Shown: positions 36,939-47,275, counted from the stretch's first letter. The stretch is DNA of 64,000 nt from Candidatus Margulisiibacteriota bacterium (GCA_031274525.1 JAISQA010000077.1:1194-65193); one strand, 5' to 3'. Notes: generated from the sequence alone by a model not told the origin. A program made the numbers and translations.

Positions 36939-37298
36939 ATGAAAAAAATTCTCGTGGTCGATGATGAAAAAAATATCCGCAAGACTTTTCAGAAGCTACT
37001 GGAAGCGGACGGTTACCTTGTCGATACCGCGGAAAACGGCGCGGAAAGTCTGGCCAAAGCCGCCCGGACCAAATACGCCGCGGCGCTGCTGGATATTCAG
37101 CTGCCGGATATGCTCGGCACCAGATTATTAAAAGAGCTGAAAAAAATCCAGCCGGATATGGTAAAAATAATGGTGACCGGCGACCCGGCCGTACAAAACG
37201 CCGTGGACGCGCTCAATGACGGCGCGGAAGCCTATATCCGCAAACCTATCCACAAAGAGCAGCTGCTGGCTGTTATCAAAGAAAAACTTGCTCGCTAA
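36939..37298 (+). CDS. single-domain response regulator (CheY-like receiver)
   Basis: KILVVDDE...D..LPDM....K (phospho-acceptor Asp in LLDIQLPD), 119 aa, no output domain. Confidence 0.75.
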   Translation: MKKILVVDDEKNIRKTFQKLLEADGYLVDTAENGAESLAKAARTKYAAALLDIQLPDMLGTRLLKELKKIQPDMVKIMVTGDPAVQNAVDALNDGAEAYIRKPIHKEQLLAVIKEKLAR

Positions 37299-38743
37299 TA
37301 CGCGCCGGAGCCCTTGAGCACCACCGGAATAGTTTTAAATAAAATGACCAGATCCTGCCAGAAAGACCAGGTGTCAATATACTGCGCATCCAGCGCGACC
37401 CAGCGGTCAAAATCGGCATTGTCGCTGCGGCCGGAGATCTGCCACAAGCCCGTGATACCCGGACGCACAGCGATGCGCTTACGGTAATCGTCCGTGTATT
37501 TTTTCACCTCTTCCGGCAGCGCGGGGCGCGGCCCGACCAGACTCATCTGCCCCAGAAATACATTAAATAACTGCGGCAATTCATCGATGCTGGTGCGGCG
37601 CAGAAAACGGCCGGGGCCGGTAAGGCGCGGGTCATTTTTGATCTTAAAAGTAATACCGTTCTTATTTTCATTTTTGCGCAGCAGTCCGGCTTTTTGTGCT
37701 TCGGCGTCAAGGACCATGGTGCGGAACTTGTAAATCTTAAACAACCGGTTGCGCGCGCCGACCCTCTCCTGCCGGAAAAACACCGGCCCGCGCGAGGTCA
37801 GTTTGATCAGCACAGCCACCGGCAAAAACACCAGCGGCAGCAGGAACAGCAGCCCCAGCCCGGCAGCGGCAATATCAAACAGGCGTTTCAGCAGCAGGCC
37901 GCAGGAGCCGGCCGGATAAGTCACAAAAGAGATGCACTGCATATTACCGATATAATCCAGCAGCGCTCTGGTCCGCGGCCGCTGTAAAAAAGTCATCAGT
38001 TCTTTAACTTTGATATTGATACCCATCGCTTCGCAGGTAAGTATGGCTTCCTGCACCAGCAGATGATCGGCCGGATTAATGGCAATCAGCACGTCATCGA
38101 TCACCTGACTGCGCAGCAGGTCGCCGATAATTTCGATCCGGCCCAAAATTTTGGTTTTGGGCACCGCCGCCGAACTGCGGGAGCGGGCATTGAGCGCGAC
38201 ATACCCGGCGATCGCCGCGCCCCATTCTTTATTATTGGTCTTGATCTCTCTGGTCACCGCCGCGGCTTCCCGTCCCGTGCCGATGATCAGCGTCCGGCGG
38301 ATATTCTGCCCGCGCCGTCGGCGCCAGCGGAGCCAGAGCCTGATGAGATAGCGCGCCGCGCACACGCCGGACAGGGACAAAACCAGATAAACCAGCAAAA
38401 AATATTTGAGCAAATAAAATAATAAAAAATATTCAGGCGAGAAAAAACACAAAATGAAAAACACCGTCAAATAGGCCCGGTAAAAAATACCGCTGATCTC
38501 GCGGATTTCCTGCCGAATGGAAATAATCCGGTGCGAACTGTACAGCGGGTGCCAGCTGCCAAAAAACAAAACCGCGGCGATCGTAAACAACGGCAGCCAG
38601 AGCAGTAGACCCGGCGTAAATACCGCCAGCCGGCCAAAGAGCCAGGCTGCCAGGTCAAAAGCCAGCAGATTAACCGCGGCGTCCACCAGCTTGTGCTTGA
38701 AATTCACCGTGACAAAATCCCGCATACTTTTATAGTATATCAA
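37295..38743 (-). CDS. undecaprenyl-phosphate sugar phosphotransferase (bacterial sugar transferase, WbaP/WcaJ-like)
   Basis: Multiple N-terminal TM helices and the C-terminal conserved KRLFD....LPLV....K..SRGP.FF.QERVG...F.I.KFRTM motif. Confidence 0.8.
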   Translation of the reverse strand: MIYYKSMRDFVTVNFKHKLVDAAVNLLAFDLAAWLFGRLAVFTPGLLLWLPLFTIAAVLFFGSWHPLYSSHRIISIRQEIREISGIFYRAYLTVFFILCFFSPEYFLLFYLLKYFLLVYLVLSLSGVCAARYLIRLWLRWRRRRGQNIRRTLIIGTGREAAAVTREIKTNNKEWGAAIAGYVALNARSRSSAAVPKTKILGRIEIIGDLLRSQVIDDVLIAINPADHLLVQEAILTCEAMGINIKVKELMTFLQRPRTRALLDYIGNMQCISFVTYPAGSCGLLLKRLFDIAAAGLGLLFLLPLVFLPVAVLIKLTSRGPVFFRQERVGARNRLFKIYKFRTMVLDAEAQKAGLLRKNENKNGITFKIKNDPRLTGPGRFLRRTSIDELPQLFNVFLGQMSLVGPRPALPEEVKKYTDDYRKRIAVRPGITGLWQISGRSDNADFDRWVALDAQYIDTWSFWQDLVILFKTIPVVLKGSGAY

Positions 38744-40896
38744 GACAGCAGGCGGCAGACATCATAAACATCTTTGATTTTTTTCAAAGCGCCCAGCAGA
38801 TTGAGCAGCTGATCCAGATCCCGCACGTCCACGACCAAATGCGAGCGAAATTCCCCGTGGCCGGTCTTGCGCGCCGTCGCTTCCTGCACATTGATACCGG
38901 TGTCCGCGACCACGTTCAGAATATCCTTGAAAATCCCGACCCGGTCAAAACCAGCCACTTCCAGAGCTGCCGCATAGGTGTGCTGCGGCGTGTTGTTCCA
39001 GAAGACGGCAATTTTTCTTTCTTTGAGCTTGCTGACATTTTTACAGGAAGCGCGGTGCACAGTAATCCCGTAGCCCATAGTCACAAAACCGGTGATCGCG
39101 TCGCCGGGCAGCGGATGGCAGCAATTGGCCAGCCGGATCATCACCGTATCCACGCCGTCCACGGCCACGCCGGCGCTGTTGGCTTTGCGCGGTTTCTCAA
39201 AAATCGGTCTGGCTTCCTCGACCGGTTTATTTTTTTCCTTATAATTTTCCAGAAAAGTTCTGGCCACCGCACGGGAAGCGACATCGCCGTGGCCGATCGC
39301 CACATACAAATCTTCCAGACTGTGCAAAGCATAACGCTTCAAAATCGGCGGCAGATATTTGGCGCTGGAGGCCAGCGCCGGATCCAGCAAAAGCTCTTTC
39401 AAGGCCGTGGCCAGCATTTCCCGGCCAACATCCAGATGCTGCTGTTTGTTCTGTTTGGCTACCCAGCTCTTAATTTTGGTCTTGGTCCGCGGACTCTGCA
39501 CAAAAGACAGCCAGTCGCTGTTGGGACGCGCGGTCTTGCTGGTCAGGATTTCCACCACATCGCCGTTGTGCAGCTCGGAGTCCAGCGGCACAATTTTGTT
39601 ATTGACCTTCGCGCCGATGCAGCGGTTGCCGACTTCGGTGTGCACCTGATAGGCAAAATCCACCGGCGTGGCGCCGTGACAGAGCGAATAGATATCGCCT
39701 TTAGGCGTCGCCACATAAACCTCATCAAAAATAATGTCGGTTTTCAGCGTGTCCATAAATTCCGAACTGTCTGTTTTTTCTTCCGCCAGCCGGCGCAGCC
39801 AGGTCATTTTGTCGATATAATCCAGATCTTTTTGTTTCAAACGCTGCCGGCCGGTTCTGGTCTTATCCGCCTGCTTATAGAGCCAGTGCGAGGCCACGCC
39901 GTACTCCGCCTGCTGATGCATCTCAAAAGTGCGGATCTGGATCTCCACCTGCTTGCCTTCCGGGCCGATCACCGTCGTGTGCAGGGATTGATACATATTT
40001 TCTTTGGGCATCGCGATGTAGTCTTTGATCTTGCCGGGCAGCGGCCGCCAGCGCGCGTGGATCAAACCCAGCAGTCCGTAACAGTCATGCTGCGTATCGA
40101 CCAAAACCCTGACCGCGGATAGATCATAGATCTGCTCAAACTCCAGATGCTGGGTCTGCATCTTGCGGAAAATAGAATAAAAATGCTTGGCCCGGCCGGA
40201 CACTTCGCCGTGGATCTTATGGTCGCGCAAAATGTTTTTAACCTGTTCGCTAAACTCCTGAATATAACTTTCCCGCTCGCGTCTTTTCTCCGCCACTTTT
40301 TTGCGGACCATCTGAAAATTCTCCGGATCCAGATAACGGAAAGAAAGGTCTTCCAGCTCCCATTTGATCAGGCCCAGCCCCAGACGGTGCGCCAGCGGCG
40401 CGAAAATATCCATGGTCTCCTGCGCATTCTCGATCTGTTTGGGCCGGGTGAGATATTCCAGCGTGCGCATATTGTGCAGGCGGTCGGCCAGCTTGATAAA
40501 AACAATGCGGATATCCTTGGCCATGGCCAGCAGCATTTTGCGCGTGTTCTCCGCGTGCATTTCTTCGCGCGAACGGGAAATTTTCAGCTCGGTCAGCTTC
40601 GTCACACCTTTGACCAAAAAGAGTATCTGCGGGCCGAAAGTTTTTTTGATCTCCTCTTCAGAAACCGGCGTATCTTCCACCACATCATGGAGCAGCGCGG
40701 CGCAGAGCGTGTCCGCGTCCTGTTTGAGTCCGGCCAGAATTAAAGCCACACCGGAGGGATGCACCATGTACGGCTCGCCGGACAGACGCTGCTGGCCGCT
40801 GTGCGCCTGCTCGGCAAAAGCGTAAGCCTGCGCGAGCTTATGCCGGTCTTCCGGCGCAAGATATTCTTTGGTCTGTTCTAAAATCTGTTCCAGCAT
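38740..40896 (-). CDS. relA: bifunctional (p)ppGpp synthetase/hydrolase RelA/SpoT
   Basis: HD hydrolase motif (HPSGVALILA..LLHDVVEDT), RelA_SpoT synthetase domain, and TGS and ACT C-terminal domains. Length 718 aa. Confidence 0.9.
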   Translation of the reverse strand: MLEQILEQTKEYLAPEDRHKLAQAYAFAEQAHSGQQRLSGEPYMVHPSGVALILAGLKQDADTLCAALLHDVVEDTPVSEEEIKKTFGPQILFLVKGVTKLTELKISRSREEMHAENTRKMLLAMAKDIRIVFIKLADRLHNMRTLEYLTRPKQIENAQETMDIFAPLAHRLGLGLIKWELEDLSFRYLDPENFQMVRKKVAEKRRERESYIQEFSEQVKNILRDHKIHGEVSGRAKHFYSIFRKMQTQHLEFEQIYDLSAVRVLVDTQHDCYGLLGLIHARWRPLPGKIKDYIAMPKENMYQSLHTTVIGPEGKQVEIQIRTFEMHQQAEYGVASHWLYKQADKTRTGRQRLKQKDLDYIDKMTWLRRLAEEKTDSSEFMDTLKTDIIFDEVYVATPKGDIYSLCHGATPVDFAYQVHTEVGNRCIGAKVNNKIVPLDSELHNGDVVEILTSKTARPNSDWLSFVQSPRTKTKIKSWVAKQNKQQHLDVGREMLATALKELLLDPALASSAKYLPPILKRYALHSLEDLYVAIGHGDVASRAVARTFLENYKEKNKPVEEARPIFEKPRKANSAGVAVDGVDTVMIRLANCCHPLPGDAITGFVTMGYGITVHRASCKNVSKLKERKIAVFWNNTPQHTYAAALEVAGFDRVGIFKDILNVVADTGINVQEATARKTGHGEFRSHLVVDVRDLDQLLNLLGALKKIKDVYDVCRLLS

Positions 40897-40906
40897 AAAT
40901 ACCCTA

Positions 40907-42139
40907 TCATATCTCTATATTCAGCAGCAGAAAATCTTTCAAATGCATACAGCGCACACCCTTAGAGCTGACGCCCACCGCATCTTCGTCCATAGTCACC
41001 ACATATTTGGGAAATTGATCGGGAACCTGTTCGAGATTGCCAAATTCCCGGCGCCGGGTATCCTCATTGTCAATGCGGTAAACCACCTGGACATAAATTC
41101 TTCGCCCCTGTTTTGCTCCCACAAAATCTATTTCCTTATTTTCCAGCTTGCCGACAGTCACCGTCAAGCCGCGCTGGAGCAGAAAACTATAGACCGCATT
41201 CTCCATGAGTTTGGCCAAATCCCCGGCGGGATTATGCACCAGCGCATTGCGCAGGCCAATATCTTCAAAATAATATTTTTCGCCTATTTCAAAAATTTTG
41301 AGGCCGCCGATATTGGAACGCGGCACTTTGTGAATGAGAAAAGCTTTTTCCAGCGCCGTCAGATAGTTTATTACGGTCTGCACCGGCATATTGATCCGCT
41401 GGTTTTTGAGGTATCTGCTGATATTGCTGGCGGAAAAAAGACTGCCGATATTATCCGCCAGATAAGCCGTCAGATTTTCCAGGAACCGGCTGTTGCGGAT
41501 ATTTTCCCGGGCAATAACATCACGCAGCAAAATCGATTCATAAATATTACGCAGATAATCAAAAGCCAGAGTTTCCAGCTGCGCCGTCCGGGGTAGAGAG
41601 GCCAGATACGGCAGACCGCCGATCTTTAAATACTTATGCAAAGCTTCGTTAGTATTTTTCAAGCGGTGAAAGAACAAAAACTCGGCATAACTCAGAGGAT
41701 GCACCTGTATCTGCACATATCGGCCGGCCAGATAGGTGGCCAGTTCCCCGGAAAGCAGATGCGCATTGCTGCCCGTACAGTATATATCGCACTGCCCCGC
41801 GGCAAAAAGCGATTTTAGAGCATGCTCAAATTGCGCGATTTCCTGTATCTCATCAACAAATAAATAATTGCGGCGTTTTTTTTGCAGCCGTGCCGCGACC
41901 AACTGCTGCAGGTCAGCGGCGGTTTTGACAGAACGAAATTCTGCCAGCTCGGTATTGATGTAGATAATATTAGCTCTGGGCTTGAATTTTTTTATTTCGG
42001 CCATCAGCTGATACAGGATATAGCTTTTACCGGAGCGGCGCTGGCCGGTAAATACTTTAATAATAGGCGAATCCATAAAAGGACGCACGCGCTCCAGATA
42101 TTCCAGACGCGGCAAGTAATTCAACCCGGCTTCAATCAT
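40907..42139 (-). CDS. AAA-superfamily ATPase with DUF4143 (AAA_14 family, ATP-binding protein)
   Basis: Walker A GQRRSGKS. The C-terminal region is typical of the DUF4143 family. I take the start at ATG 42139 (MIEAGLNYL) rather than the TTG at 42175. Confidence 0.7.
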   Translation of the reverse strand: MIEAGLNYLPRLEYLERVRPFMDSPIIKVFTGQRRSGKSYILYQLMAEIKKFKPRANIIYINTELAEFRSVKTAADLQQLVAARLQKKRRNYLFVDEIQEIAQFEHALKSLFAAGQCDIYCTGSNAHLLSGELATYLAGRYVQIQVHPLSYAEFLFFHRLKNTNEALHKYLKIGGLPYLASLPRTAQLETLAFDYLRNIYESILLRDVIARENIRNSRFLENLTAYLADNIGSLFSASNISRYLKNQRINMPVQTVINYLTALEKAFLIHKVPRSNIGGLKIFEIGEKYYFEDIGLRNALVHNPAGDLAKLMENAVYSFLLQRGLTVTVGKLENKEIDFVGAKQGRRIYVQVVYRIDNEDTRRREFGNLEQVPDQFPKYVVTMDEDAVGVSSKGVRCMHLKDFLLLNIEI

Positions 42140-42193
42140 AATTGAAACTTTAGCATATATTACCACCAGTTTCAATCACAATTGAAACTTTAG
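42131..42193 (-). promoter_or_regulatory. two 23-bp direct repeats, each containing the palindrome TTCAAT-N4-ATTGAA, spanning the start codon and promoter of the DUF4143 ATPase gene (candidate tandem operators)
   Basis: TTCAATCATAATTGAAACTTTAG at 42131..42153 and TTCAATCACAATTGAAACTTTAG at 42171..42193 differ by 1 mismatch. The centre-to-centre spacing is 40 bp. Confidence 0.45.
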
Positions 42194-42238
42194 ATTACAC
42201 GTTATTCTGTCTGCTGCCCTATAATTGTTGGCTGTAGC

Positions 42239-44737
42239 CTACCCCTGCAGCAGCTCTTTCATCTTATTATTCAGGTCTTCGATCGTCGGATATTGGTCGG
42301 GATCCAGTTTATCGTGCACATTCAGAGAGGATTGTTTGGCGGCAATAAGTTTAGGCAGCCATCTCTTGCGCGGAAATATTTCATAAGCGCCCTTGATCGT
42401 GATCGGGATTATTTTTTTGTGCAGATTTTTGGCGAGATAGGCCACGCCGTTTTTGAACTGGCCGATCTTGCCGTCATAGGAACGCGTGCCTTCGGGGAAA
42501 ACAAGCAAAGACTTGCCCTGCCGCAGCACGTCCGCCGCAGCTTTCAAGGCCGGAATATAGTTGCCCTGCCGGTCGACATAAATAATATGCACGCCGGGAA
42601 AGATCAATTTCAGCGGCCAGAGCTCACGCTTGCCGGCGATGCAGATATTCTTGCGTTTATGAAAAGGCAGAATGCACAGCAGCCAGAGAATATCCAGATA
42701 GGACTGATGATTGGCGATGATCAGATCATTATTGATCTCCAGCTTCTCGCCATGCTTGATCTGCAAACGCCAGAAAACCCTGGAGTAAATTTTGATCAGC
42801 CACAAGCCCAGCTCAATGCAGGGATTATAAAAATTATAAGTCCGGGTCGTGATCCGGCCGGCAAAAATCTCTTCCTGAATATTGCGCCCGCTGAGATCCG
42901 GACAGGCGGCCAGCACCTCGATCAGCGCCTCGATCGTCGGCGCGGCAATGAACTGGCTGGGGTTGATCCGGATATTGAGCTGTGATTCCAGCCGGGCGAT
43001 CAGCTCGATATAATTCAGCGAGTCGATCGTAAAATCACCCAGCGTTTGATTGGCATAAAAAACATCCGTGGCCAGCGCGCGTTTCAAAGTATTGATGATC
43101 TTCTCCAGCTCCGGCGTTTTACCCACGATCTCCTTGACCACAAAATTGGGATCGGCGGCCGAGACCTGATAACTGCCGGACTCCAGATTTTTAATCACTT
43201 CAAAAACCTGCACTTTCTGCGTGGAAGTCCGCGGCAGGGCATCATAAGACACGGCAAAATCGCCGATAATTTTATAGGTCGGCAGGCCTTGATTCATTTT
43301 TTTGAATTCCGTTTTGAGCCGGGCATAGCAGTCTCTGGTCTTAAAAGTCGGCACGACCACGGCATAGACCGTCTCGCGCCCGTCGAGCCGCCGGCCAAAA
43401 ACCGTGATTTCCGCCACCAGCGGCGACATCATATAAAAAGCCTCCAGATCTTCGGGATACACATTCTTGCCGGAATCCAGCACGATCACATTTTTTTTGC
43501 GGCCGCGGATATGCAGCTCGCCGTTTTTGTCGAGGAAACCCAGATCACCGGTGCGAAACCAGCCGTTTTCATCAAAAGCCGCTTTGGTCGCTTCCGGATT
43601 ATGGTAATAACCGGGTGTCACCGACTCGCCTTTGAGCCAGATCTCGCCGATGTCATCTTCATTCAGGTCGCGCACCTCGACAAAATTACGGCCGATCGGT
43701 TTGCCCACGCAGATCGGTGTAGGGTTGAGCGGATCGCTGCCGCAGATCGGCCCGGTAGTCTCGGTCAAACCATAGCCCTCCATCAAAGTAAAGCCCATAT
43801 GTTTGTAGTAAAGGCAGTACCGCCGGGCAATCCGCGAGCCGCCGCACAGCAGCTTGCGCAGACGCAGACCGAATACTTTATGCACCGGATAAAAAATCTT
43901 GTCCACCAGCCGCCCCAGACCGATATGCCGTAAATCCGGAGCGTACCGGAGAAAGAACATAAATAATTTATATTTCAGCTTGGACTCATTTTTAATCTTT
44001 TTGGCCAGACGGTCAAAAAACAATTCCCACATCTGCGGCACGGCGGAAAAAATAGTGATCGGATATTTGGCCAGCGTGCCCAGAATGTCCGGGCCTTTCA
44101 GCGAATTCTGAAAAACCACCGAGGCACCGCTCAGGTATGCGCCTAAGAAGCCGGCCACCAGACCATAAACGTGGTACAGCGGCAGGATCGTGATGAACAT
44201 ATCCGCCGGACCGGCCTCGACCAGTTTTATACAGGCCTGTGAAGTATGAATAATATTATTGTGGGTTAATTGCACGACTTTAGGCGTGCCGGTAGTGCCG
44301 GAAGTATAGAACAAAGCCGCGGGGTCAGAGTCCAGTACTTCCTCCGCCGGCGTAAAAGTATGCGGCGGATCGGCCGCTTCGATAGGCAGTTTTTCCACGC
44401 CGTAATCAGTCTGCGCAAAATCTTTTGAAACATAGACCAGTTTAGCCGCCACATGGCCGAGCATTGGTTTATACATATCCGCGCGCAGATTGCTGTCCAG
44501 CAGGAGCGCCAGCGCGCCCAGACTGAGTATCGCCGTAAAGGTAACGCACCAGTCGGGAGAATTTTTGCTCAAAAGGCCGACCACGTCGCCTTTTTTGACG
44601 CCGCGCGCCTGCAACGCCGCCGCACGGGCCTGCACCAGCTGCCAGACCTCGCCGTAATTTTGCTCCCGGTCTACGAAACACAGCGCGTCAGGCTGACGTT
44701 TAACAATTTCCTGCACCGCGGAAAAGAAATTCGACAT
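42239..44737 (-). CDS. tri-domain fusion: AMP-dependent acyl synthetase/ligase + acyl-carrier (PP-binding)-like segment + PlsC-type acyltransferase (Aas-like, permuted order)
   Basis: N-terminal AMP-binding motifs (YTSGTTGTPKVV; GYGLTET). Middle DSLNYIELIARLE resembles the phosphopantetheine site. C-terminal NHQSYLDILWL is the H(X)4D acyltransferase motif, with FPEGTRS. Confidence 0.7.
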   Translation of the reverse strand: MSNFFSAVQEIVKRQPDALCFVDREQNYGEVWQLVQARAAALQARGVKKGDVVGLLSKNSPDWCVTFTAILSLGALALLLDSNLRADMYKPMLGHVAAKLVYVSKDFAQTDYGVEKLPIEAADPPHTFTPAEEVLDSDPAALFYTSGTTGTPKVVQLTHNNIIHTSQACIKLVEAGPADMFITILPLYHVYGLVAGFLGAYLSGASVVFQNSLKGPDILGTLAKYPITIFSAVPQMWELFFDRLAKKIKNESKLKYKLFMFFLRYAPDLRHIGLGRLVDKIFYPVHKVFGLRLRKLLCGGSRIARRYCLYYKHMGFTLMEGYGLTETTGPICGSDPLNPTPICVGKPIGRNFVEVRDLNEDDIGEIWLKGESVTPGYYHNPEATKAAFDENGWFRTGDLGFLDKNGELHIRGRKKNVIVLDSGKNVYPEDLEAFYMMSPLVAEITVFGRRLDGRETVYAVVVPTFKTRDCYARLKTEFKKMNQGLPTYKIIGDFAVSYDALPRTSTQKVQVFEVIKNLESGSYQVSAADPNFVVKEIVGKTPELEKIINTLKRALATDVFYANQTLGDFTIDSLNYIELIARLESQLNIRINPSQFIAAPTIEALIEVLAACPDLSGRNIQEEIFAGRITTRTYNFYNPCIELGLWLIKIYSRVFWRLQIKHGEKLEINNDLIIANHQSYLDILWLLCILPFHKRKNICIAGKRELWPLKLIFPGVHIIYVDRQGNYIPALKAAADVLRQGKSLLVFPEGTRSYDGKIGQFKNGVAYLAKNLHKKIIPITIKGAYEIFPRKRWLPKLIAAKQSSLNVHDKLDPDQYPTIEDLNNKMKELLQG

Positions 44738-44805
44738 ACCTCTATATGATAATACAAAACCGGTATATAATCACCTCCAAATTACAACCCCAAAGGCGGC
44801 TAATA

Positions 44806-45816
44806 ATGCAAAAATATAATGTGGCGGTGGTCGGCGCGACCGGCGTGGTCGGGCAGGAAATGCTCAAAGTGCTGGAAGAAAGAAAATTTCCGGTCAATAA
44901 AATTATACCGCTGGCCTCCTCCCGCAGCGCGGGCGCCAGAGTAGAATTTCAGGGCCGGGAAATCGTCGTGCAGGAGCTGAAAGCCGGTTCTTTTCAGGAC
45001 GTGCAGCTCGCGCTATTTTCCGCCGGGTCGGCTGTCTCGGAGAAATTCGCGCCTGTGGCGGCCCAAGCCGGGGCCGTGGTCATCGACAACACGGCTTTTT
45101 ACCGTATGGATCCGCAGGTGCCGCTGGTCGTGCCGGAAGTCAACGCCGGAGCCCTAAAAAACCGGCCCAAAGGCATTATCGCCAACCCCAACTGTTCCAC
45201 CGCGCAAATGGTTGTCGCGCTCAAACCGATCTATGCCGCGGCCGGCATCCGGCGGCTGGTCATCTCGACTTATCAGGCCGTATCCGGCACGGGTAAAGAA
45301 GCCATAGATGAGCTTCAGCAGGAAGTCCTCGATATATTACAGATGAAACCGGTCAAACCGGCGGTTTATCCGCATCAAATCGCCTTTAATATTCTGCCGC
45401 ACATCGATGATTTTCTGGACAGCGGCTACAGCAAAGAAGAAATGAAAATGGTCAATGAGACCAAAAAGATCTTCGGCGACGACAGTATCCGCGTCACCGC
45501 GACGACCTGCCGCGTGCCGGTGTTTTACTGCCACTCGGAGTGCGTGAATATCGAGACCAGAGAAAAAATCACCGCCGCCGAAGTCCGCGCGCTGCTGGCT
45601 AAAGCGGAAAACGTGATCGTGCAGGATGAGCCGCAGAAAAACATTTATCCGATGCCGCTGCTGGCCGCCGGCCGGAATGAGACTTTTGTCGGGCGCATCC
45701 GCGAGGATATTTCTATAGATAACGGCATTGAACTATTTATCGTTTCGGACAATCTGCGCAAAGGCGCGGCTTTCAACGCCGTGCAGATAGCGGAAGAGGT
45801 AATTAAAGATTTTTAA
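44806..45816 (+). CDS. asd: aspartate-semialdehyde dehydrogenase
   Basis: NVAVVGATGVVGQEML N-terminal Rossmann motif, active-site NPNCST and the C-terminal dimerisation domain. I take the start at MQKYNV. Confidence 0.9.
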   Translation: MQKYNVAVVGATGVVGQEMLKVLEERKFPVNKIIPLASSRSAGARVEFQGREIVVQELKAGSFQDVQLALFSAGSAVSEKFAPVAAQAGAVVIDNTAFYRMDPQVPLVVPEVNAGALKNRPKGIIANPNCSTAQMVVALKPIYAAAGIRRLVISTYQAVSGTGKEAIDELQQEVLDILQMKPVKPAVYPHQIAFNILPHIDDFLDSGYSKEEMKMVNETKKIFGDDSIRVTATTCRVPVFYCHSECVNIETREKITAAEVRALLAKAENVIVQDEPQKNIYPMPLLAAGRNETFVGRIREDISIDNGIELFIVSDNLRKGAAFNAVQIAEEVIKDF

Positions 45817-45877
45817 AGAGCTGCTGCATTTTTACCGCGGTCTGCTCCGCCTGCACGGCGGCAATTCAGTCCATACC

Positions 45878-46426
45878 GTGTCGTATCAATCCCGCACCAC
45901 CCAGTACGCGCGCTTTAATGTGCTGGCGCAAAACACCATTCCCAATAAGACGGACCAATTTACGCTGCTCGACCTGGGCTGCGGGCTGGGTGATCTGTAC
46001 GGCTATTTGCAGGACAACCAATACCACCACATCGCCTACACCGGCGTGGACATAGTGCCGGAAATGCTGGACGCCGCCCGGCAGAATTACCCCGCCGCTA
46101 CATTCAAAACAATGAATTTTGTCACGGACGAACTGCCGGAATACGATATTATTCTGGCTTCCGGCAGCTTGAATATTTTATTTGACCGGGCCGCCGCGCA
46201 CGCGCAGTACATCAAAGCGGTCAGCGCCAAAATGTACGCCAGCGCCCGCCTGGCCTGCGCTTTCAATCTGCTGGATAAAGACGTGGAATATATGTACGAA
46301 CAGGATCCCCGGTTTTACTACGCCGACAAACAGGAATTCTTAAAATACTGCCGGACGCTCTGCCCGGCCGCGCGGCTGATCGACGGTTATCTGGTCAATG
46401 ATTTTACGCTGGTCTTAAAGCATTAA
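45878..46426 (+). CDS. class I SAM-dependent methyltransferase
   Basis: LLDLGCGLGDL motif I. GTG start with no Shine-Dalgarno. The frame is open for another 25 codons upstream (ELLHFYRGLLRLHGG...), so the start is uncertain. Confidence 0.55.
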   Translation: MSYQSRTTQYARFNVLAQNTIPNKTDQFTLLDLGCGLGDLYGYLQDNQYHHIAYTGVDIVPEMLDAARQNYPAATFKTMNFVTDELPEYDIILASGSLNILFDRAAAHAQYIKAVSAKMYASARLACAFNLLDKDVEYMYEQDPRFYYADKQEFLKYCRTLCPAARLIDGYLVNDFTLVLKH

Positions 46427-46441
46427 ATCAGCGCCAATAGC

Positions 46442-47152
46442 TTATTCGGGCAATAGAAGCCAGTATACAGCATCTTCCTTATAGTACGGATAGCTCCAGG
46501 TGTCGATCCAGGTCATTTTAGAACCAGCGTATTCATAAGTTTTTTTTCTGCTGACCGGATGATGTCCGACCACCTGATTTAAGCCGCCCAGCCAGCTCTC
46601 CGGTCTGGGAGTCCAGGTATCTGCATTTACAAATTCCCGCAGATCCGCCCAAAAAATACTGCCGTATTCAGCCGCGCCGCCTCTATACCCGGAAGCCAGA
46701 GCAAACCGGTCAAACTTATATTTGAACATTTCATTGAGCGCCGCGGCGTACTCAGCGCCGGCGCCCTGCAGCTCATTCTGCCAGAACTGCCTGGACAAAC
46801 CGGCGTGCGTGAACAGCCAGTTTTCCTGCTGATAAGCCGCCTGAAACAAAGCAAAATTACTGGCCAGCATTTTCCGTACTTTACGAGCATACGAAGGTCT
46901 GTACCCGGAACAGGAAAAGGTCTTAGGGAGCAAATAGGCCAGATCATGATTGCCCCATAATAAAACCACTTTTTCCGGGTTGCTTTGCTTGAAAGCCAGC
47001 AGGGCGGTTAGATTGTCCAGAATCTGCTCATCAGTCAGGGCGAACTCATCCACATAATCGCCCAGAAAAATAATTTTAGCGGCGGAGACGTCCAGTTTAT
47101 CCTGCCAGAGACTCCGGCCGTGCAGATCGCCAAAGACCTGCAGCTTTCTCAT
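46442..47152 (-). CDS. calcineurin-like metallophosphoesterase
   Basis: Motifs GDLHG, GDYVDE/GNHD and the FTHAG region. I take the start at MRKLQVFGDLHG. Confidence 0.6.
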   Translation of the reverse strand: MRKLQVFGDLHGRSLWQDKLDVSAAKIIFLGDYVDEFALTDEQILDNLTALLAFKQSNPEKVVLLWGNHDLAYLLPKTFSCSGYRPSYARKVRKMLASNFALFQAAYQQENWLFTHAGLSRQFWQNELQGAGAEYAAALNEMFKYKFDRFALASGYRGGAAEYGSIFWADLREFVNADTWTPRPESWLGGLNQVVGHHPVSRKKTYEYAGSKMTWIDTWSYPYYKEDAVYWLLLPE

Positions 47153-47275
47153 TGCAATGTGCTTGCAATACATAAGGCGCGAGTATAGCACACCCGGCAA
47201 AAAATCTAACCAGTGCTGGCAGCGCTAGGCGTTATTGATCGTACCGGCATAGAGAATATTACGGCAAACCTTGCT

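Noticed and set aside
38839-40122. 427-aa plus-strand ORF inside relA/spoT
   Set aside because: It is antisense to RelA/SpoT with HD and synthetase motifs, and has no motifs of its own.
42293-43933. Plus-strand ORFs of 230 and 295 aa inside the aas-like gene
   Set aside because: They are antisense to clear AMP-binding and PlsC motifs.
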